Below, piece after piece: positions 1 through 12,780 of a stretch of 64,000 nucleotides of DNA (positions within the stretch are counted from its first letter, which is position 1; each line of letters starts with the position of its first letter). The translations under genes were made by a program, and so were the position numbers. The notes beneath the pieces were generated by a model. It made no database searches. It saw only the letters and a list, made by a program, of their open reading frames with translations, and was not told where the DNA came from. Source of the stretch: Octopus vulgaris (lineage: Eukaryota); the NCBI GenBank assembly GCA_951406725.2, contig OX597827.1, forward strand, positions 59,024,001 to 59,088,000, given 5' to 3'.

Positions 1-17
1 TGTACCATGCAATCAAG

Positions 18-664
18 ATGTACCTTGAAATCAAGAGGACTGATCCTGATGTCTACAACTCTTTCCTGCAATCAGACCTAGACACAATGCAGCAAAAGAC
101 TTTTGTTAGCCGCTCTCCAGCCATCTATTTAAAACTGTATACAGCTATGGTACGACCACACTTGGTATTCGCATCATCAGTTTGGAATCCCTATCTTGCT
201 CAGAACATTGACCCCCTGGAATCTGTCCAGAGACGTGCAACCAAACGCATACCCTCCATCAGACACCTACCATATTCTGAGCGCCTTGTTTCCCTGGGCA
301 TGGATTCACTGAAGCTCCGGCGTCTAGCGACGGACTTAGTAAACACCCACAAGGTTATCAACCACCTCACCAACAACAACACTGAACACCTTTTTGATCT
401 CCATGTGTCTAACACACGTGGACATGCCTACAAAGTCAGAAAACAGCACAGCTCCCATGACTTTTGGAAACATTTTTTCACGCTCAGGGTTGCTGAAGCG
501 TGGAATAAACTGCCTGCATCAGTTGTTGACTGCCATGACACTGCATCCTTTAAGGCCCTCATGCTTCCCGAAATCCGTCGAAACTACACCTGATTATATA
601 TACACTTTAGATGAGTTGTAGTGCACCTGAGCACTGTACACAATTATTATTATTATTATTATTA
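18..664 (+). mobile_element. CR1-clade LINE 3' fragment (ORF2 C-terminus plus (ATT)n tail)
   Basis: ORF 18-593 has LYTAMVRPHL..ASSVWNPY, LESVQRRATK, YSERL, TRGH.YK, FF..RV..WNKLP, the post-RT motifs of CR1-type LINEs; short 3' UTR then (ATT)n at about 643-664. Confidence 0.85.
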
Positions 665-669
665 TATCG

Positions 670-800
670 AAGTGATCCCAGAGCAGTATGAAATGAAGTG
701 TTCTACTCATGAACATAATGCACCACACTGTCTAGGAATCGAACCCACGATCTCGAGATCGTGAGTGCAACACCCTAACCACTAGGCCAAGCGCTCTCAA
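670..800 (-). mobile_element. tRNA-derived SINE head (family C)
   Basis: Minus strand has A box TGGCCTAGTGG and B box GGTTCGATTCC; related copies at about 5125-5380 (-), 19757-19940 (+) and 48545-48815 (-). Confidence 0.7.
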
Positions 801-2599
801 CATGCTGTACTACAGCATCATTATACGAATATTAAACATGACCATCAGAAACACTATCAAAACCACCACAACAAGCCAACAAAAATGCTTTTACATAATC
901 ACATGAACAACAGCTGCCTAAAGTACTATCGTCTTTAAAACCTAAAACTGCATCAAATAATGCAGCGTTAGATACGAAAAGCAAAGGGCGGGATAGTCAT
1001 TGCTTGGGTGTTTTTTAATCATGTCTGTTCAATGTAGGCAGACCATGGGTTAAACAATAACGTCCGTCATTTTGTTTGCACATTATTATCGAACAGGGTA
1101 GTTTTGTATCTTTTAAGGCTGAAGATTTTTGTTTATTTAGTTCAAGTCAATCGTACCTGGGCAAACGTATTAGCATATGCATTCCATTCTGTCTTTTATT
1201 TATGAATCATGTTTTCTTTCCAAATAGCCTACATCCCTTTTTTTAAGAGTTCGAGGGACATTTCTTATAGGTCAATCGACCACGTAGAGGTTATAAGACA
1301 ACATTTATTACAATCTATTGAATAAACTTCCGTACATATCGGATCTCCAACCCTTGGACAGATGAAATTAAAGCACTGTTAGAACATTTTATAGTCCGGT
1401 GTGGTTTACATTTTTCTACTACACCATTATTCGAGTAATATTTCTTGTATGCATTTAAAATTTTAACGAAACTATTTGTAAAACTGTTTATATAACATCT
1501 CCGCAAAACGAAACAGTCAACTACAATTATTTTAATAACAATTATTTTAATAACAGTATATTAAATGAAACAAGTGACAGAAGAAAATTGGCGGCAGCAT
1601 ATGAAATACTTATAAAATAGATGTTACCATCACGACTGAAGGTAACTAAAACTAGTCTGGAATTTGAGTGGTGATAATACTATATAAGGCCGAACTATTT
1701 TAAAGTACAGGATTTAATTCCTTCGAGGTGGGTCTACAAATAACGGTAATTAATACTTGCTCCCATAGAGGAAGAAGAATTAATGAAAAAGGTTTACGAA
1801 ATCGTAAATCATTCATGTCCTTAAAAAAACACGTAAACGTATATTTTATCTACATATATAGATAAAATGAAAATAAAATTTTAAAAAAAAACGAGGAATC
1901 ATCTTAAACACATTACCATCAAGTTAGATAATATTACTTAAACGAAAGACTACAAATTTATAAGAGATGCGGAAATGAGATGTGTATAAACGTAGTGGAA
2001 TGTGAGTGCGGTATGTCCCGTGTTTATAAGCCAGCAGCTGATTCCGACTCCAAGCTGGAATCGGTCAATAACAATTACAAGAAATGAATGAATGCTCGTG
2101 ATGTAATAAACAGACAAACGTCATAAATAGCCTTTTACTCTTAGAATCGAAAATAATATTGTGTCTTGAAATAGTTTTAGTAGTTCGTTTTACTTTCGAT
2201 TTAATAACAAAATTCTGTGGAGAAAACCGAAAGAATTGTTCCTTTATTTACGCTATGAAAATACACACGCACAAAATGTTTCTATAAGGAACATGAAAAA
2301 TAAGATTTTCAAGGAAAAGAGATATAGGAAGCGGTGACATTCATGCATTTTCTTCGGGAACAAAGAAAAATTGTTCAATGAGACGGATTCGGTTAAGAAA
2401 TAAATATTCATCAACGGCGCATTTTCATGTAACCACCTCGTTTTTACGATCGATCAAAACAAATGATATAGAATATAAATAAAAGGCAACGCTTAAAATG
2501 AAAATATGTAAACATACAATTAAATCAGAAATGCCATTCTTACATGAGTCTAAAATTCTAATGCTAATAACCCCTAAAACTGTTTATTTGTTGAACCAA

Positions 2600-3250
2600 T
2601 AAATAAACCACTATGTGGTCGATCAATTTGTTAGAAACAGCAACCAAATCGTCATCAATTGACACCCTACGGGCTTAGAAATAGTTGGATACGCAGTTCT
2701 AGATATTCTATATATTTTAAAAGAAAAAAAAAGGGAATATCGCGGCTAGAATGTCTTTCATCATAGTTGGACCGGAGCTAAACAGGTGTTAATTTGTTTT
2801 CGTTTCTAAGTGTTTGAAACGATATCAAAATAAGGGCGCTTGAATGAGAGGAGAAACATCGTATGGTATTCTGTAATGGTAATTTCTTTCTGAAGAGAAT
2901 TAATGAATATTAAATCTTCTTCGCATAAATATGAAGAATCAGAAAGGTGAGAAAGGGATTAGAAAGATACATAATTAAAAGAAGTATGACACTGTGTTTT
3001 TTAACCTCACCATCGTCGCAGAGTGAGCGAAACGATGTAACGTGGTCGTTTGATATGTCCTGCTAGAAATAGCAGCCAAATCTATCTTAAATCACATTCT
3101 TACTGCTTAAAGAAAGGAAGGACACGTATCATTGGATAATAAAACCTTGGATACAAATAATACCCTGAATAAAAAGTGGCATGGTCACATCTGGAACGTT
3201 GTTTGAAGACTGACAGATATTTGATTAGTTCCGATAAGGGGGCTAGACAA
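2600..3250 (+). repeat. Degenerate interspersed repeat (family D), two copies
   Basis: Motif tg(c/t)tagaaa(t/c)agca(g/a)ccaaatc at about 2628 and about 3060 recurs at about 45878 and on the minus strand near 29600. Confidence 0.45.
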
Positions 3251-4044
3251 ACGACAGGCATGAAAGAGAAAGACCAAAGAGAGTGGTATAAAGAAAGTGC
3301 AGGGATAAACAAACAAGCAACGATAATTAGTAATAATTATAATTATGCCGTTGTTGTAGTTGTTGTTGATGATGATGACGATGATGATGATGGTAATGAT
3401 GATGATGATTAGCAATACATACAAGTGGCTGCTCTCGTAGCCATTTTGAAGTTTGGCAACAGTGCAACAGTTCCACGGTGTTAAAGCTGTGCTGTATCTC
3501 AAGAAGTCGGCATCATTTGTTTCCTATTAGCACCAGGAAGTATTTTGCGTAGTCTACAAAACAGACTGTTTGAAGAAAAGTTTGGTATCCAGGCTTGAAA
3601 AACGTAATCCATCTTGTTATGGTTACCGTGAAGAAATCTGTATCTTTTCTAACGTTTTCCCCTCTTTCTTTTTCTGCTTTTTTTAAAAAAAATACTTTGA
3701 AAAAAAACAAAAACTTCCTGGTTAGATATTTGGAATTTTAACCTCCAAAATGAATATCTGATTAGGTTATATCTACAGGAAAGACACCAAAACGAATGAT
3801 ACTAGAAACCAAAGCAGATTCGACTGGCAGCACCGTTTCTACGCTTCTGACCAATTACCGACCTATATTATTATACGTGAGTGCTTGATGTGTTTGTGTA
3901 TATGTCTTCGGATTTGGTCGGTGCTGAATGCATTGCAATATAGAATAAGTAGACTTACGCGCGCATACACACACACGCACACACACACACACACACACAC
4001 ACTGATATATGGATGGATAGATGGATGGACGGGCAGATGAGCGG

Positions 4045-4065
4045 ATGCATGCATGAATAATTATG

Positions 4066-4131
<66 letters not shown>

Positions 4132-4192
4132 GCTGTGTTTATGTGTATACGCACACACGAATGAGTGGACAAAAGAAAGAAAAGTGCACTCA

Positions 4193-4243
<51 letters not shown>

Positions 4244-4303
4244 GCTGTGTTTATGTGTATACGCACACACGAATGAGTGGACAAACGAAAGAAAAGTGCA
4301 CTC

Positions 4304-4385
<82 letters not shown>

Positions 4386-4386
4386 T
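4045..4386. repeat. Compound microsatellite with a duplicated 65-bp unique spacer
   Basis: ggctgtgtttatgtgtatacgcacacacgaatgagtggacaaa..gaaagaaaagtgcactcaac at 4131 and 4242, between (TA)n/(TG)n/(CA)n/(AG)n tracts. Confidence 0.9.
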
Positions 4387-4504
4387 TGCGTACATAAGTT
4401 ATAAAGTGACTGATACAAGTCACTTCGTAACATTTGACAAATGTGTGTATACATACATACATACATACATATATACTAACATCTGTGTGTGTATGCACGT
4501 ATAT

Positions 4505-4930
4505 TCTTTTATTCTTTTGTTTCAGTCATTTGACTTCGGCCATGCTGGAGCACTGCCTTTAGTCGAGCAAATCGACCCTAGGACTTATTTTTTGTAAGCC
4601 TAGTACTTATTCTATTGGTATCTTTTTGCCGAACCACTAAGTAATGGGGACGTAAACACACCAGCATCGGTTGTCCAGCGATGTTGGGGTGAGAAGCACA
4701 GATACGCATACACATGCACACACACACACACACATACACACACACACACACGCACATATACATGTATACGACAGGCTTCTTTCAGTTTCCGTCAACCAAA
4801 TCCACTCACAAGGTTTTGGTCAGCCCGAGGCTATAGTAGAAGACACTTGTCCAAGGTGCCACGCAGTGGGACTGAACCTGGAACCATGTGGTTGGTAAGC
4901 AAGCAACTTACCACACAGCCACCCCTACGC
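4505..4930 (-). mobile_element. SINE family A (tRNA-like head, CORE-like ccttgggcaag, central microsatellite, LINE-like tail)
   Basis: Reverse complement of the full-length copy at 29085-29482. Confidence 0.9.
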
Positions 4931-4986
4931 TTATACTTAGGATTATTTTCATGTTTTGAATTCTTTTTTCCTATTTTTATTGCTAA

Positions 4987-5057
<71 letters not shown>

Positions 5058-5065
5058 CGTGTCGT

Positions 5066-5121
<56 letters not shown>

Positions 5122-5124
5122 CGA

Positions 5125-5380
5125 CCAGGCTATCAGATGTTGCTTCGCATTGTTTTCAGCCTTCAAATGACGCCACCCCACTGGCTAAGCGAGCTGGCCT
5201 GCAGAAGAAAGAGTGAGAGAATGTTGTAGCGAAAGAGTACAGCAGGGATCGGCACCACCCCCTGCCGGAGCCTCGTGGAGCTTTAGGTGTTTTCGCTCAA
5301 TAAACACACACAACGCCCGGTCTGGGAATCGAAACCGCGATCCTACAACCGCGAGTCCGCTGTCCTAACCATTGCTCTTC
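5125..5380 (-). mobile_element. tRNA-derived SINE family C
   Basis: Reverse complement matches 19757-19940 (tggttagg.cagcggactcgcgg...ggtttcgattcccagaccggg). Confidence 0.8.
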
Positions 5381-5409
5381 CACACACACGCACACACACA
5401 CAAAAGCCC

Positions 5410-5668
5410 ACATAATTTTAATATATTCTCCCAAAACGTCTGAGGAACTTGCACAAAGTAGATGTAGGGGTTTTTAAATCAAAGCGGACCTCTTCCTGCC
5501 GAGAGTCCCAGATGAGCCTACCTCACGGCAAGAGGTGCGAATGAGAGTAGCTATATCAAACTCCATTTTTCATCAAGTGCCACATATTAGAGGAGGCTCC
5601 TAGTTATAACAGTGTAGCGCAAAACGGCGGTGCATCAGCATGGTCGCAGCTCTGAGCTGAAACTAAAT

Positions 5669-5672
<4 letters not shown>
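5410..5672 (+). mobile_element. CR1-like LINE extreme 3' fragment
   Basis: Aligns with 18035-18290 (FNILP..LR.LH, cccagatga.cc.ac.tcacggca.gaggtgc) including the 3' tail ggcggtgc...cagct..agctgaaactaaata. Confidence 0.8.
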
Positions 5673-5764
<92 letters not shown>

Positions 5765-5932
5765 ATATATATATATTTAGAATAATTGGTGATCTAAACG
5801 AAGAGATACGCTGGGTAAGTGCTGTAACGGATTTTAAGGGTTCCAAGCTCGTAATTAAGACGGGAGCTATGGATCCATTATAGGTTTCCGATTTAGCAGA
5901 TATATATATTTGTGAAAGGACAACAAACACCG

Positions 5933-6425
5933 AGGCATAACAAGCATCTCAAGTCATATACATTATTTCATATTATTCTTAAATTAGATGTGGCCTTACA
6001 GCTGTTTCTTGGATATCCCAAGTGATAAGCGAGTATGCCTGAATATGGGGTATTCCATCATTAGAGACAAGTACCGAACATATGAAAGATCTAGACACGG
6101 AAATATTCAGATAAAAGATCTAGTCATGGAAAATTCGCTTACTATCTGCGAATTTTCCATGTTTAGATATTTTATCTGAATATTTCCGTGTCTAGATCTT
6201 TCATATGTTCTCTACCTGTCTCTGATGACGGAGTACCCCAGGCGCGGGAGTAGCTGTGTGGTAAGTAGCTTGCTTACCAACCACATGCTTCTGGGTTCAG
6301 TCCCACTGCGTGGAACCTTGGGCAAGTGTCTTCTACTATAGTCTCGGGCCGACCAAAGCTTTGTGAGTGGATTTGGTAGATGGAAACTGAAAGAAACCCG
6401 TCGTATATATGTATATATACATATT

Positions 6426-6458
<33 letters not shown>

Positions 6459-6685
6459 GTGTGTGTGTTTGTCCCCCTCAACATCGCTTGGCAACCGATA
6501 GTGGTGTGCTTACGCCCCCGTAACTTAGCGATTCAGCCAAAGAGACCGATAGAATAAGTACTAGGCTTACAAAGAATAAGTCCTGGGATCTATTGGCTCG
6601 ACTAAAGGCGGTACTCCAGCATGGCCGCTGTCAAATGACTGAAACAAGTAAAAGAGTATATGACTTGAGATACTTGTTATGCTTT
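5933..6685. repeat. Fold-back inverted repeat (PLE pseudo-LTR remnant) with a SINE in the right arm
   Basis: 6046-6138 pairs with 6148-6240; 5935-5960 pairs with about 6657-6684 beyond the SINE; arms carry hammerhead core words. Confidence 0.8.
6241..6657 (+). mobile_element. SINE family A, full length
   Basis: ggcgc.ggagt.gctgtgtggtaag head to gactgaaacaagtaaaagag tail. Confidence 0.9.
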
Positions 6686-7617
6686 AGATTCCTGGGAAGA
6701 AAGCAGTGGATGTATACAAAAACAAGGACGGAAGAAACGGAAAATGTTACACAAATATAAATACAATAATAATGATAACAGGACATAACAACAGGTGTCT
6801 TTCGACTAAGGACGAATTGAATTAAGCTAGCGCGTGTGGAAATGAAGCCTTACGGCAGAGAATCATTGATTTCACAATCACAGGGAAGAATATCGATGTT
6901 GCACGAACAGCGGTCAGATCAAGAAAGAAAGAACAGGCTTGGCCGATGCGGTCGCGCGGGAAGAGAAGAAAGTGAAGTAGAAGCAGAGGAACAGAAGAAT
7001 TAAGGAGTGGCAAGAAAAAATGACAGGGACACAGTGAATTGAAAAGTGGAGGGAAAGTGGGTAAGAAGAGAAGGCAAAGAAATGTGAGAGAGGGGAAACG
7101 AAAGAACGAAGAATGGAATGAACGAATAAGCATGAAAGGGTTGATAGACAGAAATAGAGTTGCACAAGATTTAGAAAAATGTGTACTTACATTTAAGAGA
7201 CCGAAGTGTACGTACGTCGCTATATATATATAATACAAAATGGGACAAGAACGCAAAACATCCGGACAGCTAGGTGATGCAAAAAGAGACAACAAAATTT
7301 TCAGATAGACAACGCAAAAAAAAAGCACGGGTCATTCGAAGTTTTCTTTCCTCAGTCAAGTACCAGACTATCCTCACAATTTCGGCTGATTATTCTTGAG
7401 ATTGCTCCAGTCTAGCCAGCCCCAAGGAAAAACTAAGCTAAGAGTATTAGCTTCCTGGGAAGAAAGCAGCGAATGTATACAATAGCAAGAACGGAAAAAA
7501 CGGACAATGTTACACAAATATAAATACAACAATAATAATAGCAGGACATAACAGGTGTCTTTCGACTAAGGACGAATTGAATTAAGCTGGCGCGTGAGGA
7601 AAGGAAGCCTTACGGCA
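6686..7617 (-). mobile_element. Non-coding repeat family in partial tandem (probable non-autonomous PLE)
   Basis: About 165-bp direct repeat 6689-6858 / 7453-7617; whole unit homologous in opposite orientation to 56866-57637; junctions lie at (TA)n/(CA)n. Confidence 0.65.
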
Positions 7618-7622
7618 ATACA

Positions 7623-7708
<86 letters not shown>

Positions 7709-7811
7709 AATCCTCCTCCTTTCTTTCCTTTCCTGAGCATCCAATAACACTATACTTGTTCCACGTCCTCGCGTTGTTGCGTTTTCCCTTTGTATTTTCA
7801 TGTTTGGATTA

Positions 7812-7816
<5 letters not shown>
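7709..7816 (+). mobile_element. Probable PLE 3' tip between (TA)n tracts
   Basis: Ends tttcatgtttggattaacttta, as does 12656-12715; tttcctgagc resembles the 3' tip of the full-length PLE. Confidence 0.5.
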
Positions 7817-7851
<35 letters not shown>

Positions 7852-8074
7852 TGTGTGTCTGTGTTTGTCCTCCACCATCGCTTGACAACCGATGCTGGTG
7901 TGTTTACATCCCCGTAACTTAGCGGTTTGGCAAAAGAGACCGATAGAATAAGTGCTAGGCTGACAAAGAATAAATCTTGGGAGCGATTTGTTCGACTAAA
8001 GGCGGTGCTCCAGCATGGCTGCAATCAAATGACTGAAATAAAAGAGTATACATACATACATGCATACATACATA

Positions 8075-8470
8075 CATACGTACATGATGGCTGTCCTCTC
8101 GTTATCGAGTATGGCCATTGCACGAAGCTTAACTGTTACTGGTGCTGTGATCGAATGTGACTTTTTAGCCCAGCTAAAGATCTACAATGTCTTGTACAAA
8201 ATTGGCAACTAAAACCTTTACTGGTAATAGTCGGCTGTAATTGTAACTGGGCTTCATGTACCTTTGCATGTCGTTTAAGTCCTCCTGCCGAATTACACTC
8301 TCTTCCACATGCCTGATAGATATGATTAGTATGGTGTGTTACACCACCACAAGGGGCCAGGTTGTCACTCATCCATCTGTCTCGTTTTATGACCACGAAG
8401 ATGACTCATGAGTCCAGCTTTACTGAAGCAGGGTCTTGCACAGATATTGCATGTCAGAATCAAAGGAAGA
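8075..8470 (-). mobile_element. RTE-clade LINE 3' end with three C2H2-like fingers, embedded in (CATA)n
   Basis: CNICARPCFSKAGLMSHLRGH, ACGRECNSAGGLKRHAKVH and CQFCTRHCRSLAGLKSHIRSQH; short 3' UTR ending in (TATG)n. Confidence 0.75.
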
Positions 8471-8705
8471 CATACATACATACATACATACAGACAGACA
8501 GACATACATACATACATACATACATACATACATACATACATACATACATACATACATACATACATACATACATACATACATGCATGCATACATACATACA
8601 TACATACATACGTACGTACATACATACATACATACATACATACATACATACATACATACATACATACATACATACGCACATACATGCATACATACATACA
8701 TGATA

Positions 8706-9470
8706 TGTGTTGAGTAACTACTTTTGGTGCTAGTATAGGATGCGGTCTACCACTTTGTTAAACAGTATAGCCAGGGTTATCTACCTTGAAAGTTCAGTTA
8801 AAAGAAGCCAATTTTTCCATTATACGGACAATAACAATAAATTAAACTGCAAGTTGAGCCTAAGTGAGATTTTAGAACTAATATTTTTCTTTGTCATGGA
8901 TATACCCATGACCACTGCAGTGACTCTAACAGGAACATCTAAAAATACAATAACTGACTGGTACAATATGTGCCGCGAGGTGTGTGGAGCCATAGTTTAA
9001 TAGTTTACCATGAACGACGAGGGAAGATGGTTGGAACAAACAATAACCCCATTCAGATCGACGAAGCAAGATTTGCTGGTCGACGAAAATACAATTGAGG
9101 AAGAATGCTGAATGGTGACAACGCTCCTCTCTTTGAAGACAGTGATGCAGAACAACGAAACAACAGGAACCATGGACGTAGAATTGATCGGCCATGGGCT
9201 TTTGGTCTCAAACAAGGCTCAGACTATCGATACTTTTTTGCGAAACGGCGTGACTGGAACAGTCTAATCCTAATTATTGAAAGAGATTGTGAAAAAGGTT
9301 ATGTAATACCTTCAGGTGAGTGGCCCACTTATAATAACTTAAATGCCATAGGTTATCACCACCTGGCAGTGAACCATCAACGACATTATGTAGATCCAGT
9401 GACCGGAGCACACACTCAGGCCTTTGGGTGATCATGGTTAGATGCTAAAACTATGATTCTGGAAAAAATG
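8706..9470 (+). pseudogene. Merlin (IS1016/ISXO2-like) transposase remnant
   Basis: TITDWYNMCREVC, IQIDEARFAGRRKYN*GR, W.FG, EWPTYNNL, VNHQRHYVDPVTGAHTQ; stops and frameshifts present. Confidence 0.85.
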
Positions 9471-9492
9471 ATCTCTGAAATATCTGGAAATA

Positions 9493-9882
9493 GCATGCCG
9501 GGTGAAATGCGTAGCCGTATTTCGTCTGCTGTTATGTTCTGAGTTCAAATTCCGCCGATGTCGACTTTGCCTTTCATCCTTTCGGGGTCGATTAAATAAG
9601 TACCAGTTACACACTGAGGTCGATATAATCGACTTAATCCGTTTGTCTGCCCTTGTTTGTCCACTCTGTGTTTAGCCCCTTGTAGGTAGTAAAGAAATAC
9701 GTATTTCGTCTGTCGTTACGTTCCGAGTTCAAATTCCGCCGAGGTCGACTTTGCTTTTCATCCTCTCGGGGTCGATAAATTAAGTACCAGTTACGCACTG
9801 GGGTCGATATAATCGACTTAATCCCTTTGTCCTTGTTTGTCCCCTCTGTGTTTAGCCCCTTGTGGGTAGTAATAAAAGAAAT
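9493..9882 (+). mobile_element. SINE family B dimer with 15-bp TSD
   Basis: Two tandem gagttcaaattccgccga.gtcgactttgc...ggggtcga units; aaatatctggaaata at 9478-9492 and 9883-9897. Confidence 0.85.
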
Positions 9883-10067
9883 AAATATCTGGAAATATCT
9901 GAAAGATAAGGTAGATAATCCTGTTTGACACCGTGGTAGTTCGCATATTATACTAGCACCCAACTTTTACCCTCTAATTACTTACGAATATTTATACACA
10001 CAATTCCCAAACATACATACGCTTGCACGTAATTGTTAAAATTTGAATTTAATTTCTATAAATACGT

Positions 10068-11108
10068 GATTACCTCCGCCTTAGCAAAGGCGGGAGTATT
10101 GTTTTCAGGCGCATTTGTTTGTTTGTTGGTTCGTTTGTCCGTGAACAAGATATCTCAAGAACTACAGGATGAATTCGGACGAAAATTTCAGGAATGTTTG
10201 AGCTCATGACTGGCACGAACTGATTAGATTTCGGGATCGATCCCGTACTTGACAAGGATTCTGGATTATCTTTCCGGATTTTTTACTTAATTTTTGAGAG
10301 CAATCGGGTTCATCTTTAGTATTCTCGCTTGTGAGAACAGTCGAGTTTATTTCAGACTAGCAGTATCGCCCGGCGTTGCTCGGGTTTGTAAGGGAAATAA
10401 CTATATAAGCATTTTTAGAGAGTTATAGCCAAACAATAGCAAAAAAATGCATTAAAAATGGAAAAAAAATGATGGTAAATTTTTTTTAAATCGTAGACTC
10501 TTCGTAGACGCGCGCTAATACCCAGAAGGGCTCGATATGAATCACGACTATAAGATACCCGGTTTTGGTTAAACTGCACCGCAAAATGTGGGAGTAGTTA
10601 GGAATCTAAATCGTAGGAGACAGACACACAACTTGACTTTTATATATAAACTAGCAGTATCGCCCGGCGTTGCTCGGGTTTGTAAGGGAAATAACTATAA
10701 AACATTTTTAGAGATTTATAGCCAAAAAATAGCAAAAAAATGGAAAAAAAATTATGGTAAATTTTTTTTAAATCGTTCACTCATCGTAGACATTTTTAGA
10801 GAGTTACTTTCCTTATATAATAGCGAAAAATGCATTAAAATGGAAAAAAATGATGGTAAATTATTTTTTAAATCGTAGACTCATCGTAGAAGGGCTCGAT
10901 ATGAATCACGACTATAAGATACCCGGTTTTGGTTAAACTGCTCCGCAAAATGTGGCAGTAGTTAGGAATCTAAATCGTAGGAGACAGACACACAACTTGA
11001 CTTTTATATATAAAGATATTCTCATTTTTAAAATTATCTCTGCCTAATCGTCGAGAGGACGTTGGTGTTGCCTTGGCGGAGGTTTGCGCTCTCTGAGTGC
11101 TCTTGTTT
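10068..11108 (+). mobile_element. Helentron-associated non-autonomous element (DINE-1/HINE-like), interrupted by a Helitron dimer
   Basis: Subterminal inverted repeats acctccgcc (10072) and ggcggaggt (about 11075), internal (GTTT)n, 3' stem-loop gcgctctctgagtgc before a T-rich end. Confidence 0.7.
10357..11016 (-). mobile_element. Head-to-tail dimer of a non-autonomous Helitron
   Basis: Minus strand reads 5'-TCTTTATATATA ... cccgagcaacgccggg hairpin ... CTAG-3'; A^T site; units 10357-10650 and 10651-11016. Confidence 0.85.
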
Positions 11109-11628
11109 ATATTTTACTTTATTTTTCTTTATTTTTTAATTTTTTTTAATGAAACAAATTGCAGGTTCAAGCTAACATCATCAATGAATATCTTTTATTA
11201 TAACCAGTTACGATAGAATCCTGGTCGATGCTTAGATTTGCTGTGAATTTACATTCCTCCTCCTCTCATTTTCACTGAGGTATTGTTTGAAACATTAGAA
11301 AGAGAAGGGGCGAAGATCAGAATGCAAGCTGTCACACTGCTTATTAATCCAAATGTTCTTAATGGAAATATTTTTTTTTTAAAAAGAAAAATTGTTTAAT
11401 GTAATTTGCATAAGCAAGAGTTATGTCCCTTACAATGTTAAGCAGAAGAATGTTTTCAAGCTAAGTCGGCGAGTTGGCAGAATCATTAGCAAGCCGGACA
11501 AAATGATTAACAGCATTTCGTCTGACTTCACGTACCAAGTTCAAATTCCATCGAGGTCGACTTCATCTTTCATCCTTTCGGGTTCGATTAAATAAATACC
11601 AGTTTAATACTGAGGTTGTTGCTAGAGG

Positions 11629-12075
11629 GGATCTTTTCGGTTTGAACGGCAGTTTTTTTCTAGCGGTGTCATATGAAATTATCACCCATAATTATGACCC
11701 TAGTATCGATCTATTGCATTTCAATCTGTTTTAGGGTTAGTTAAGGTTAGGGTTACGGTTACGGTTACGGTTAGGAGTGGGGGAAGGGTATCTTTTTTTC
11801 TTCACAAATGTAGATAAACCCAATCTATTTCTTAAACGAGGGACATATTCATACGGCACAGAATGTTTTTTACCTCAATAGACGTCAGTGATTGGTTGAA
11901 ATTGCAGAAATCGAAGAGAAAAACAACAACAAATATCTTACAAACTATAGAATTTTCCCAATAAAGCCAAGAGAAAAAGATGTTTTATAAACACATTCTA
12001 TCAGTATACGAAGTTTAAAATTTTTTAGTTACCTAGAAATTATGTTAAAAACTGCCGTTCAAACCGAAAAGATCC
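11629..12075. mobile_element. MITE with ggatcttttcggtttgaacggcagttttt TIRs, 8-bp TSD and internal TTAGGG-like repeats
   Basis: TIRs at both ends; TSD gctagagg / gcgagagg; second copy at 38683-39121. Confidence 0.9.
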
Positions 12076-12305
12076 GCGAGAGGTATATAAGAAAAAGGAT
12101 TATAACTCCATTCGTATCTTAGGCTTTATATATTTACTTCTTTCTTCTATTCTTTGACCTTTGCTTGTTTCAGTCATTAGATTGCGTACCTATTACTTAT
12201 ATATTTTAAAGCCTGATAGGTACTTCGTTGTCTTTGCTGAACTGCTAAGTTACGGTGACGCAAACACACCAACGGTGGTTGGCGAGCGGTGGTGGGGGAT
12301 AAACA

Positions 12306-12438
12306 TAGATTCACTTCAACATTTAAATTTAATTTGTGTCAAAATATTTTCGTCGCTTTGAAACTGCGATAGGTCGCGGTTTCAAAACGACGAAAATATT
12401 TTGACACAAATTAAATTTAAACGTGGAAGTGAATCTAA
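12306..12438. repeat. Near-perfect 130-bp fold-back hairpin
   Basis: tagattcacttc.ac.tttaaatttaatttgtgtcaaaatattttcgtcg.tttgaaac.gcga paired with its reverse complement, 3-4 nt loop. Confidence 0.9.
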
Positions 12439-12555
12439 CGGGGTTTTTTTACGTTCTTAAATGGCTTACAAACATCATCCAGGCTGCAATTGTTTTTGTT
12501 TCAGTACACGATCTCAGATCAAGTCACTTGCTATGCAAGTACTTCTCCATAATAT

Positions 12556-12647
<92 letters not shown>

Positions 12648-12717
12648 TGTGTGTGTGGCCGCGTGTGTACCGTTGCTGTGTTTTTTTGTGCTTTCATGTT
12701 TGGATTAACTTTAACTA

Positions 12718-12778
<61 letters not shown>

Positions 12779-12780
<2 letters not shown>

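Noticed and set aside
3855-5216. Many ORFs rich in YI, HT, CV, ER and MYVC repeats here and throughout the window
   Set aside because: Stop-free di- and tetranucleotide microsatellites, not genes
8136-8396. Host C2H2 zinc-finger gene
   Set aside because: No TGEKP linkers, frameshifted, and ends in a retroposon tail shared with 46500-46552
11730-11780. Telomere or chromosome-fusion relic
   Set aside because: TTAGGG-like repeats are internal to a MITE present twice
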